Assembly: GCA_964416155.1 (NCBI GenBank)
Contig: CAYQCW010000007.1
Coordinates: 25,217-89,216 of the forward strand
Reading direction: 5' to 3'
DNA length: 64,000 nucleotides
Origin: an uncultured Nitrososphaerota archaeon
GTDB taxonomy: Archaea; Thermoproteota; EX4484-205; JAAOZP01
In this document: piece by piece, positions 1-9,045 of the stretch
Layout of the letters: the number at the start of each line of letters is the position of its first letter
Numbering within the stretch: the stretch's first letter is position 1
Translations under genes and position numbers: made by a program
Notes under the pieces: model-generated
Told to the model about the DNA's origin: nothing
Seen by the model: the letters and a program-made list of their open reading frames with translations, nothing else
Database searches by the model: none

Positions 1-76
1 AGGCAGCGGATGCTTAGAAAACTGACTCCTAAGAGAGCCCAGCCCCGTATCGGAGCACACGCTATTATTGAAGGGC

Positions 77-863
77 TTACGATAGTGTTTTCTCCGCTTC
101 CTTCAGCATGCTGACAACAGGGAGGTGGTATGGGCATTTTTTCTCGCATTCGCCGCATTCCGTGCAGCTATTCGCTTTTGTCGGTAGCTTCGGATACTGG
201 TCCCGGGTCCACTTCTTTATACCGTAGAAATTATAGTAAACGCTCCACCTTAGAATCGTAGGTATGTTGATTCCCTCGGTGCAAGGCACGCATAGTCTGC
301 ATTCCCTGCAGAAGGGTTCGGGAGGAAGCATCCCAAACCTGTAGGCTTCTTTCTCGCCGGGAGTGAGGCCGTCGAAGCTATCCGCTACTTGAACAGCCCA
401 GTCTACCTCCTCTTTGGAGCGAAGCCCAGGGATAACCGTGTCAATATCGTGTGCCAGCACGAATCTCAGGCAGCGCTGAGCCCTCTCCAAACCGTCTCTC
501 CCGAAATAAGTGATGAACTCTGAGGTGTCAGGCCAGTCCAGCTCCGGCTTGCCTAGGAACCAGACTCCGCCCTGGGGATACTGCAATGGGCCTCCGCATC
601 CACCTATCGGCTTCATTATCACCACCCCCACGTCAAGCTTTTTCGCAAGCGGTATTAACTCCTCAACAGCCCTTCTCTCAAGAATATTGAGGCACCTGAA
701 CCGTGTCGAACTCGCCTGACATTAATGCCTTTGTCAAAAAATATGGGGCGTGTCCGGTTATCCCTATATGGCTTATCTTGCCCTGCGACCTAGCTTCTTT
801 CAGAGCGTTCAGCGCGCCGTCTGGATCAGTAACCATCGAAAGCTCCCCCTCGCTTTCAACCAT
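77..863 (-). pseudogene. Aldo/keto reductase with C-terminal 4Fe-4S cluster domain (COG1453-like); frameshifted and N-terminally truncated
   Basis: Two adjacent minus-strand ORFs in different frames (678..863 with the AKR core motif ISHIGITGH; 77..631 with the AKR C-terminus plus a CxxCxxC...CP ferredoxin-like motif). Only about 130 bp separate the upstream end from the next gene, too little for the ~120 aa AKR N-terminus. Confidence 0.5.
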
Positions 864-991
864 GTGCAGCTGGACAATATCAAACGGAAAGTTTTGGTTG
901 AGGACGTTTTCTAACGGTGGCTTTGAGCCCCCGGCCTAAGACTAAACTACGTAGGGGGTTGAGAAAAAAGACGGGGGCTGCTTGCTTCCTG

Positions 992-2170
992 TTACTTGTT
1001 TTTTCCTTTAGCCTTCCCCTTGCCGTTGCCCTTCCCCTGGCCGGCGTCGGTTTCCTCCTCAACCGTTTCCGTTACTGGAGCTGTTTTGCCTTTTCCTTTC
1101 CCCTTGGTACCCATGTCGGAGATCGTTGTCTCCATTTTCTCTATGAGCTCCTCGGCTTGAGCTATAAGCTGGTCGGCGGTCTCCTCGTCTATGTGCTTGC
1201 CCTTCTGGGCTTCAACATGGTGGATTAACGCCTTCAGGTTGTTCACGGCTGCGTTAAGCATGTTCGCAGCAGTATGGTTCTTATCCGCCTCAACCCATTT
1301 CATGAACTGCTCTATCTTCTTCGTGACCACGTTCACCTTCTGAGTCAGGCTGACGTTTATTCCAACGACGTCCGCGTTGATCGTAGCATTCAGAGCCCTG
1401 AGCTCCCGGAAGATTGCTTCAGCCCTGGCTGCCATGGTGGCGTTCACCCGGAATTCTGTTAGGGCTAGCAGGACGCCTTTTTCAGGCTCAGTATTGTTGT
1501 AGGCTTTTGCAACGTATGTTCCATCCGGAGCGTCTAAGGGTATTGTCCAGTTTACCTCGTCCACTCCCACGGGTATTGAGCCGTCCTCCGATGAGATGAA
1601 AGGCAGCTCAGCCAGGACCTCCTCCCCGAACATTATCTTTATCACGTAGCTTGTTCCACTCGGCGTGTAGCCATTTCCTGAGAAAACCACTGTCTCCTCA
1701 ACTATGTACTCATCCTTATCAGTGTGCAGGGTTGCAGCGTTCACATTGAACTCTACACTGGCCACTTCCTGCTCGTAGGTTTCAGGGTTTTCAGGGTCAG
1801 TTATATTGTAGACTATTGCCTCGTATAGTCCGCTGGGCACGCCCACCGGTATAGGCCACTCGGCACTGATTAATCCCTCTTCTGTTGGTGTTAACTCATC
1901 TATGGTTCCATAGGTTTCGCCGTCCTTAGTAATGTTCAGCCGGTAGGTTCCGCTGGGTAAATAGCCTTCTCCTGAGAAAACGACTGTTTCCCCTACTACG
2001 TAGCTTTCCCTATCCGTGGAGAGGGTTGGGTCTGTATTCTCCGCGGGCTCCTGGCTCTGCTGTTGGAAGAATAGGCCTGCCGGGTTGGCCTGTGCTAATG
2101 CGAGTATTGTTACTGCAGCCAGGAGGAGGCTTACCGTGATGATCCTCGTTCTCCTCATCGGTGTTCGCAA
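992..2170 (-). CDS. Secreted protein with internal tandem duplication, coiled-coil segment and Lys/Gly-rich C-terminal tail
   Basis: N-terminal signal peptide (LLLAAVTILALAQA). Two repeated blocks (ESYVVGETVVFSGEGYLPSGTY... / DEYIVEETVVFSGNGYTPSGTSY...). C-terminal GKGKGK...KAKGKNK low-complexity tail. Confidence 0.5.
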   Translation of the reverse strand: MRTPMRRTRIITVSLLLAAVTILALAQANPAGLFFQQQSQEPAENTDPTLSTDRESYVVGETVVFSGEGYLPSGTYRLNITKDGETYGTIDELTPTEEGLISAEWPIPVGVPSGLYEAIVYNITDPENPETYEQEVASVEFNVNAATLHTDKDEYIVEETVVFSGNGYTPSGTSYVIKIMFGEEVLAELPFISSEDGSIPVGVDEVNWTIPLDAPDGTYVAKAYNNTEPEKGVLLALTEFRVNATMAARAEAIFRELRALNATINADVVGINVSLTQKVNVVTKKIEQFMKWVEADKNHTAANMLNAAVNNLKALIHHVEAQKGKHIDEETADQLIAQAEELIEKMETTISDMGTKGKGKGKTAPVTETVEEETDAGQGKGNGKGKAKGKNK

Positions 2171-2551
2171 GAAAAGCCTCTAAGGGGCTTCTAATAAGCG
2201 TTTTAACGTTTTTCAGAGAAATTTCTTGAAAAAAGACTTTACTTTGGTTCAGAAAGGTTCATAATGGTTCTTTTCTCTGAAAAAGCTTTTGGAAATACTT
2301 CAATCTGAGAGAGAAGCGTTTATCGGCTCTCCCAGTTAACCCTTCTCCCCCGGGCCCTGTTTAACCATGGGGAGGGCGGGCAGCCATTTTCTCCATCGGT
2401 TATGCAAGATTGTTTCACCGCCTTAAAAAAGAGGCTTTTGAGCATGTTGATGCAGGCTTGAAGCGAGACTCCATGCCCAGGGACTTTCCCCATCCTGTTT
2501 CACACTGGTCTGGGGGGAAGACTTATCTCCAGCCGTGCCTCAACCTGCACG

Positions 2552-3283
2552 ATGAGGCCCATGAGAAGGATTCGTGTAACTGTTTGGAACGAGTTTCTGC
2601 ACGAGAAGCAGGACCCTAGGATTGCTGAGATCTACCCAGACGGGATGCATAGTGTTATAGCGAGTTTCCTCCGCAGCCAGGGTTTCGAAACCAGGACTGC
2701 GACGCTGAGCGAGCCTGAGCACGGTCTAACCGAGGATGTTTCGAATAATACTGATGTTTTAATCTGGTGGGGCCACATGGCTCACAACAGGGTTGACGAC
2801 GGTGTTGTTGAAAGGGTTTACCGGAGGATTGTTAACGAGGGCATGGGGCTCATCGCCCTGCATTCAGCGCATCTCTCCAAGGTTTTTAGGCGTCTAATGG
2901 GTACCCCGTGCAACGTTAAATGGAGGGAGGCTGGGGAGCGGGAGAGGATATGGGTTGTCGGGGGAGGCCACCCTATTGCCGAGGGCCTGGGCGACTATTT
3001 CGAGGTTGAGCATGAGGAGATGTATGGTGAGCCGTTTGAAATTCCTCAGCCGGATGAGCTTGTCTTCATAAGCTGGTTTAAGGGCGGCGAGGTTTTCAGG
3101 AGTGGCTGCTGCTTCCACAGGGGCCTTGGCAAGATATTCTACTTCAGGCCTGGCCACGAGACCTATCCGACTTACTACGATTCTAATGTTCTCAGGGTTA
3201 TTGGGAACGCTGTGAAATGGTGCGCCCCAGTTGAAAGGCCTAGGCCTGTTCACGGCAACGTTAAGCCGCTGGAACCTCTTTAA
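2552..3283 (+). CDS. ThuA-like (trehalose-utilisation family) class-I glutamine amidotransferase-like protein
   Basis: 243 aa. Conserved ThuA-family blocks ([36 protein letters not shown]) read from the translation. Confidence 0.55.
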   Translation: MRPMRRIRVTVWNEFLHEKQDPRIAEIYPDGMHSVIASFLRSQGFETRTATLSEPEHGLTEDVSNNTDVLIWWGHMAHNRVDDGVVERVYRRIVNEGMGLIALHSAHLSKVFRRLMGTPCNVKWREAGERERIWVVGGGHPIAEGLGDYFEVEHEEMYGEPFEIPQPDELVFISWFKGGEVFRSGCCFHRGLGKIFYFRPGHETYPTYYDSNVLRVIGNAVKWCAPVERPRPVHGNVKPLEPL

Positions 3284-3306
3284 CAGGCTTCCGTATTCCG
3301 CGAGAG

Positions 3307-3639
3307 TTAAGGGTGTTTCTCCAAGTATTGCAGGAGACTAGCCTGCCCCGCGGGGCTACGTGAAAGCTTCGCCGCCAGAGTGTAGAATCTTCTCGCCAGA
3401 GAGATTCTCGTAGCCCTGTGTTGATCCCCGTCTAGGCCAAGCTCTTCCTGTAGGAAGGAGTGTAGAAGCTGCTGGACCGCGACGCCTTCGCTCCTCCTGG
3501 TTTCAACGTATTTCAGGAAGGCTTTGAAAAGCGTTTTCGAGCATTCCCTCATCCTCCTGACGTTCTCCTCCGCCTGGAGCCTGAGCTCCCCGTAGGTTTC
3601 AGCGACGCGTCTAACGTCTTCATGCAGATTCCCACTCAA
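3307..3639 (-). CDS. Hypothetical helical protein
   Basis: 110-aa ORF, no recognisable motif. Confidence 0.3.
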   Translation of the reverse strand: MSGNLHEDVRRVAETYGELRLQAEENVRRMRECSKTLFKAFLKYVETRRSEGVAVQQLLHSFLQEELGLDGDQHRATRISLARRFYTLAAKLSRSPAGQASLLQYLEKHP

Positions 3640-3695
3640 GCCTGTTTAGAATGTTTTTAAAACTGTTTTAAGCCCCAACCGGCGCGCCGGGTTTT

Positions 3696-4322
3696 TCAAC
3701 CCGGGTAGTTTTCCTCAGCCGGCCCAGCCTTATCCAAGATCAGCAGGTCTATCCCGTTTCCGCTGGCCGAGTCCCTCTGCAGCGCTGTCCTTATCGCTTT
3801 CAAAACAAGCTGCTTCGCCTCCTCCCTGCTCAACCCATCCCTGTACTCGGCCTCCAGTATTCCGAGCGCCACCTCGGTCCCGCTTCCGGCTGCGGCATAC
3901 TTGTCCTCTATGACTGAGCCCAGCGCGTCCAACGCGTAGATTCCGTGAGTGTTGAACGTGAAGCCTCCGATAACGGTCTGTGTTATCAACGGGTAGAGCC
4001 TGTTTGCGAAGAGAATGTTGGACAATAGTTTTGAAAGAGCCTTCGCAGTTATCTCTCTCGAAGTATTGTACTGGAACATTCTGGCATGGTAGTTAAGCTC
4101 CCTGACTATCGTCTGAACATCTGATATTAAGCCTGCTGAAGCTAGGCCTATTTTCGGGGTTATCTGGAATATTTTCTTAACGGATTTCCCTATTATGAAC
4201 GTCCCGTAGGCTGCTCTCCTGTCCGCCCCCAGTATGACGCCGTCCCTGTAGGCAAGCCCTACGACGGTTGCGCCAGGCACGTATTCACCCATGTTTACTA
4301 ACCACCTTTCTCCGCTTTTCAA
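3696..4322 (-). CDS. psmB: Proteasome beta subunit (paralog 1)
   Basis: Ntn-hydrolase proteasome beta signature; propeptide then G|ATVVGL (atypical, the usual form is G|TTTVGI), GADRRAAYG, AGSG. Confidence 0.85.
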   Translation of the reverse strand: MKSGERWLVNMGEYVPGATVVGLAYRDGVILGADRRAAYGTFIIGKSVKKIFQITPKIGLASAGLISDVQTIVRELNYHARMFQYNTSREITAKALSKLLSNILFANRLYPLITQTVIGGFTFNTHGIYALDALGSVIEDKYAAAGSGTEVALGILEAEYRDGLSREEAKQLVLKAIRTALQRDSASGNGIDLLILDKAGPAEENYPG

Positions 4323-4384
4323 CCAGCTCGGGTGGAAAATAAGCTTTTATAGAAAAGCCTCCCGCGTAAGCCCAACGCTGAGCG

Positions 4385-5467
4385 ATGGTTGAGACTCTTG
4401 AGATAGACGGCTCAATGGGCGAGGGCGGGGGCCAGGTTTTAAGAACCGCGGTGGCTCTTTCAGCTCTTCTAAGAAGGCCCGTCAGGGTTTTCAACATTAG
4501 GGCCAGGCGGTCCAATCCCGGTTTGAGGCCGCAGCACTTCGCCGCTGTGAAAGCTGTCGCCCGCTTAACCGGGGCGAGAGTTGAGGGTCTAGAGGTCGGC
4601 TCCAGGGAGATAGTTTTCACGCCGGGCGGGGCTGAGGTTGCTGAGGCTACGCTCGACGTTGGAACAGCCGGCAGTGTTCCACTGGTTCTCCAGGCTCTAA
4701 TGCCTGTTTTAGCTTTTTCAAGCCGTGGGGCAAGCCTGATTCTCAAGGGGGGGACTAACAATCCTAGGGCGCCTCAGATAGACTATGTTAAGGAGGTTCT
4801 CGCCAAGGTTCTCGCTGAAATGGGCTACCATGTGGATATTGTTGTTGAGCGGAGGGGTTTCTACCCTAGAGGCGGAGGCGTCGTAAGGTTCAGGTCTAGG
4901 CCGGTTGAAGTCCTCAGGCCTTTCAACCTAACTGAGTTCCCCGGGCTGCGGAGCATCCGGGTCCTGGTTTACAGCGCTAGGCTCCCAAGGCATGTGGCTG
5001 ACAGGATTGCCAGTTCAGCCTCGCTCGAGCTGGCTAGGAGGCTCGGGATCCAGCCGAGCGTTGAGGTGGAGTATATGACTGGCGGGGAGAGCGATGCTCC
5101 TCTCGACCCTGGCTGCGGCATCATGATTCTGGGGACGCTTGAAAACAATGTTGTTTTCGCCTCCAGCAGCCTTGGAGAAAAAGGTAAGCCTTCTGAAAGG
5201 GTTGGGCTTGCGGCGGCTTCAGACTTCATCAAGCAGGTTGAAACCGGGGCTCCGGCTGACAAGAATCTCGCTGACCAGCTTGTGGTTTACGCCGCGCTAG
5301 CCAAGGGGTTTTCGAAGCTTAAGACCAGTGAGATTACGCTCCATACTTTGACGACAATAAGGCTTGTCGAGCTCTTTCTCCCCGTGAGGTTCCAGCTTGA
5401 GGGGGGTGCCAGGGCTCCCGGAGGGTATGCTGTCGAGGGCGTGGGCTTCAAGCGTCCGGCAGCCTAA
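4385..5467 (+). CDS. rtcA: RNA 3'-terminal phosphate cyclase
   Basis: 360 aa. N-terminal IDGSMGEGGGQVLRTAVALSAL and overall RtcA architecture. Confidence 0.9.
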   Translation: MVETLEIDGSMGEGGGQVLRTAVALSALLRRPVRVFNIRARRSNPGLRPQHFAAVKAVARLTGARVEGLEVGSREIVFTPGGAEVAEATLDVGTAGSVPLVLQALMPVLAFSSRGASLILKGGTNNPRAPQIDYVKEVLAKVLAEMGYHVDIVVERRGFYPRGGGVVRFRSRPVEVLRPFNLTEFPGLRSIRVLVYSARLPRHVADRIASSASLELARRLGIQPSVEVEYMTGGESDAPLDPGCGIMILGTLENNVVFASSSLGEKGKPSERVGLAAASDFIKQVETGAPADKNLADQLVVYAALAKGFSKLKTSEITLHTLTTIRLVELFLPVRFQLEGGARAPGGYAVEGVGFKRPAA

Positions 5468-5478
5468 GGTTTATCAAT

Positions 5479-6033
5479 ATGGTTACGCCGGATTGCCGTA
5501 TGATGAGTGAGCCATACCCGCTTTACGTGGGTCGTTTCCAACCTGTGCACAATGGCCATGTCCACGCCATAAGGCATGTCGTCTCAAACAATGGTGGGAT
5601 TATTATCGCGGTGGGCAGCTCTCTGACGAGCCACGATAAGGATAACCCGTTCACATTCGGCGAGAGGCTTCAAATGCTCCACCTGGCTCTGGCTGAGGCG
5701 GGAATAGGGCTTGAGAAAACCGTCATAACCGGGGTTCCCGATATTCCTTACGCGCACTTCCTCTGGGTGCGTCTCGTGGAAGCCATGTGCCCGCCTTTCA
5801 AACTCGTCTACACTAACCAGCCTTTCACTGGGAGGCTTTTCAAGGAGGCTGGCTACGAGGTTAAGCCAATACCCTTTCTAGAGAGGGAGAGGTACTCGGG
5901 CGCGGAGATAAGGAGGAGGATCATTCTGGGTGTTGACTGGAGCCAGCTTGTCCCAGCCAGTGTCTACAAGTATCTGGCGAGCATCGGCGGGGCTGAGAGA
6001 ATAAGGGATCTAGCCTCCTCGGATGAGGTTTAA
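5479..6033 (+). CDS. nadM: Nicotinamide-nucleotide adenylyltransferase (archaeal NMNAT)
   Basis: YVGRFQPVHNGH nucleotidyltransferase (HxGH) motif, ~180 aa. Confidence 0.85.
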   Translation: MVTPDCRMMSEPYPLYVGRFQPVHNGHVHAIRHVVSNNGGIIIAVGSSLTSHDKDNPFTFGERLQMLHLALAEAGIGLEKTVITGVPDIPYAHFLWVRLVEAMCPPFKLVYTNQPFTGRLFKEAGYEVKPIPFLERERYSGAEIRRRIILGVDWSQLVPASVYKYLASIGGAERIRDLASSDEV

Positions 6034-6077
6034 AAACGGGAGTGTTTATAAACATCCTTTTCGAGAGGGTTTGAAGC

Positions 6078-6806
6078 ATGGAGCCCGGTTCACTGGTGCT
6101 CGTCGACTACACTCTCTCCGTGAAGGAGACTGGCAGCGTGATAGAGACCACTATAGAAGAGGAGGCTAAGAAAGCGTCTATACACAGGGAGGGTGAGAAG
6201 TACTCTCCCCGGCTGATATACCTGGGTGGAAAATGGGTTTTGGAAAGCTGGGAGGAGGAGCTTCTCAAGAGCGAGATCGGCGTCGAGAGGACTGTTGAAA
6301 TACCTCCTGAAAAAGCCTATGGCTTCAGGGATCTGAGCAAGGTTAAGACGTATGCCGCCAGAAGGTTCTCCAAGCCCCAGGAGCTTGCCCCCGGGGCTCT
6401 GGTTGAAATGGATAACAGGATCGGCGTTGTGAGAACTGTTAGCGGCGGCAGGGTTCAGGTTGACTTCAACCCGCCTCTTGCGGGCAGAACCCTAGTCTAC
6501 AGGTTTAAAATACTTAGGGTTCTCGAGGATGATGCTGAGAAGATTAAGCATCTCGTGAACAGGCGTCTCCCCGAGGTTACGGTCGACGAGGTTGCTGTGG
6601 AGCTTGACGGAGCCAGAGCTGCGATAAGACTCCCCCAGAGGGTTCTCCTTTCAGAGGGGATTCAATACGTTAAGAAGGCTGTTTCAGAAGACGTTTTAAC
6701 CATTGTTAAGAACTTTAAGACCGTTGAGTTCATAGATGTTTTCACGCAGCCCGAGGCCGCGGCAACCGGGGAGGCTCAGCCTACTCCTCAACAATCTCAG
6801 CCTTAA
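6078..6806 (+). CDS. FKBP-type peptidyl-prolyl cis-trans isomerase (long archaeal type)
   Basis: N-terminal FKBP fold motifs (LVLVDYTLSVKETGSVIETT...) with inserted flap and C-terminal extension. Confidence 0.8.
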   Translation: MEPGSLVLVDYTLSVKETGSVIETTIEEEAKKASIHREGEKYSPRLIYLGGKWVLESWEEELLKSEIGVERTVEIPPEKAYGFRDLSKVKTYAARRFSKPQELAPGALVEMDNRIGVVRTVSGGRVQVDFNPPLAGRTLVYRFKILRVLEDDAEKIKHLVNRRLPEVTVDEVAVELDGARAAIRLPQRVLLSEGIQYVKKAVSEDVLTIVKNFKTVEFIDVFTQPEAAATGEAQPTPQQSQP

Positions 6807-7218
6807 TCAGGATTAGCTTCTTCACAGGGCAGTCGAACGCTCCAAGCTTCTCAAGAATCCTGATTCTCCGGTTTGAAACAAGCATGTTGAAGACCACGGG
6901 GCATTCAAGGACCCTGCTGCACCCGGCGCGGCAGAAGCTGTTTTCAAGAATCGTGACAGCACCCTCCTTCACCCTGTCTTGTGCGAGAAGGGTCAGCGGT
7001 TCCATGCTGATTTCAAACGGCGCGGCCTCGCCGCCTCTCAACGGGCAGTAAACCTTCTCGCCACCCGTCTTCCTAACAATCCTGTACGAGAAGCCTGTGG
7101 TTAGCGAGCCGTGGCACCTCTCCCTGGCGCCGCACGATTCACACTCGCATGCTTCACCCATGTAGGTGAAGACTAGGCCCTTTTTCGCAGAAGGGTCCAG
7201 GTAGCTGTACTTGCCCAA
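6781..7218 (-). CDS. Cys-rich conserved hypothetical protein
   Basis: 145 aa with CECESCGARERCHG and further Cys pairs. Confidence 0.35.
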   Translation of the reverse strand: MGKYSYLDPSAKKGLVFTYMGEACECESCGARERCHGSLTTGFSYRIVRKTGGEKVYCPLRGGEAAPFEISMEPLTLLAQDRVKEGAVTILENSFCRAGCSRVLECPVVFNMLVSNRRIRILEKLGAFDCPVKKLILIKAEIVEE

Positions 7219-7231
7219 GGCTGGACACCGG

Positions 7232-8302
7232 CTATATCACCATCGTGCTTCTGGCAAGCTCCTCCGCAGCCTTCCTCGTCAAACCCTTATCTCCAAGTAT
7301 AGTGTATCTTTCAGGCCTTATGGTGTGGGCGAGGATCAGGGCTTTAACAACCTGTTTCTCAGAAACGTTTATCACCCTAGCTGAAACGGGTGCGCCGACT
7401 TTCGAAAGCGCGCTCCTTATTCTCAACCAGTCGCCGTCGTGAAGCTTGCTCATCATTATTGTCCCTATTCCAACCTGCTCCCCGTGGAGAGCAGGATAGC
7501 CTGCAACATGGTCGAGCGCGTGGCTGAAAAGATGCTCGGAGCCGCTGCACGGCCTGCTGCTTCCAGCTATGCCTATGAGCACCCCGGCGTGTATCAACGC
7601 TTCCACGAGTATGCTGGCCCCCTCAAGCCTGTCCCCCGCGATGGTTTCAGCACACTTAACTATTCTCTCCGCGATTGTTTCAGCTAGGCTCGCTGCATAC
7701 TCGCCGTAGTATTCTCCGCGAAGCGTGTGGGAGAGACGCCAGTCTTTCACAGCCGTATGCTTCGCCACCAGGTCTCCAACCCCGGCGCCGAAATACCTCG
7801 AGGGAGCTGTTGCGAGAATCGAAACATCCCCTATTATTACTGAGGGCGTTATCGTGTTGAACGAGTATCTTCTTCCCCGCCTGGGCGCTGAGGCCAGGGG
7901 GCTTGCAATCCCGTCGTGAGAAGGCACCGTGGGGACGCTTATGAACTCCAGGCTGTTCCTCCAGGCTAGAATCTTGCCCGCGTCAATAACCCTGCCTCCT
8001 CCGAAGCCGACGACAACGCTTTCACCCGGCTTCCTGTCAATCTTGGCGAGATGCTTCTCAAGCTTCAAGGACTCTGTGAAAGCATCCGCCTCGCCTATGA
8101 GGCTGAGCCTGAAGGAGAGCCTGCTCTCCAAGAGGATTCTCCTAATCTTCTCCCCGAAGAGCCTCATAGGCGTCTTGCTGGTTAAAACAACGACCCTTTT
8201 AGCCCCCAGCTCCCTTATGCTTGAGCCCAGCTCCTCAACAGCATCCCTTCCGAGTATTATGTGTCTCGGCAGCCTAACTGTATGCCTACTCTTGTCTTTC
8301 AA
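7232..8302 (-). CDS. egsA: Glycerol-1-phosphate dehydrogenase [NAD(P)+]
   Basis: 356 aa. GFGGGRVIDAGK Rossmann motif and PTVPSHDGIASP metal-binding region typical of archaeal G1PDH. Confidence 0.9.
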   Translation of the reverse strand: MKDKSRHTVRLPRHIILGRDAVEELGSSIRELGAKRVVVLTSKTPMRLFGEKIRRILLESRLSFRLSLIGEADAFTESLKLEKHLAKIDRKPGESVVVGFGGGRVIDAGKILAWRNSLEFISVPTVPSHDGIASPLASAPRRGRRYSFNTITPSVIIGDVSILATAPSRYFGAGVGDLVAKHTAVKDWRLSHTLRGEYYGEYAASLAETIAERIVKCAETIAGDRLEGASILVEALIHAGVLIGIAGSSRPCSGSEHLFSHALDHVAGYPALHGEQVGIGTIMMSKLHDGDWLRIRSALSKVGAPVSARVINVSEKQVVKALILAHTIRPERYTILGDKGLTRKAAEELARSTMVI

Positions 8303-8373
8303 GGTGTTGAGACGAATAGGGGAAAGATTTATCTTTAAGCCTTTCCCTACTTGGGACGGTTCGGGTTCTAGAG

Positions 8374-9045
8374 GTGTTTAGAAGGTTGGCAAGCATTAAT
8401 ATGAGAACAGGCAGAACGGGGATAGTCGACCCTCTCTGGGGCACTACTACGGTTGGAATATCCTGCACGGACGGCGTTGTCCTGGCTTCAGACACTAGGG
8501 TTGTTCAAGGATACTATTTTATCGCTCATAAACGCGGAAAGAAGATTCTGAAGATAGATGACTATATTGCTGCAACTATTTCCGGCGGAGTTGCCGACGC
8601 GCAGGCCCTCATAAGCTCGCTGCAGTGGGAGGCGAGGTCGTACAAGCTTGAGAGAGGGGTCAACATGCCTGTTAAGGCGGCTGCGAACATTGCTTCAATA
8701 ATCCTCTCGTCGACGCGCATTGCACCCCTCTACATTCAGCTGATAATAGGCGGCTACGATAGAGAGGGGACCAGCCTATATGTGCTGGACCCGCTCGGAG
8801 GCTTTTCGAAAGAGGTTTTCGTAGGATCAGGGTCAGGCTCCCCTGTTGCACTAGGATACCTTGAGGCTGAGCTCAAGCCCCCGGTTAGCGTTGAGAACGC
8901 TATACCAATCGCGATTAAATCTATTCTCGCAGCAATGCAGAGGGACACTGCCACCGGCAACGATTTTGAAGTCATGGTTGTCGACTCGAAAGGGTGCAGG
9001 GAGCTATCGCCCGAGGAGAAGACAAGGTTGACCGGTTTAAGATGA
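8374..9045 (+). CDS. psmB: Proteasome beta subunit (paralog 2, canonical)
   Basis: Propeptide then G|TTTVGI catalytic Thr1, SGGVADAQ, GSGS motifs. Confidence 0.85.
   Translation: MFRRLASINMRTGRTGIVDPLWGTTTVGISCTDGVVLASDTRVVQGYYFIAHKRGKKILKIDDYIAATISGGVADAQALISSLQWEARSYKLERGVNMPVKAAANIASIILSSTRIAPLYIQLIIGGYDREGTSLYVLDPLGGFSKEVFVGSGSGSPVALGYLEAELKPPVSVENAIPIAIKSILAAMQRDTATGNDFEVMVVDSKGCRELSPEEKTRLTGLR

Noticed and set aside
4285-4761. 158-aa ORF on minus strand
   Set aside because: Entirely antisense to the high-confidence rtcA gene; Pro/Ala/Arg-rich translation typical of a GC-rich antisense frame.
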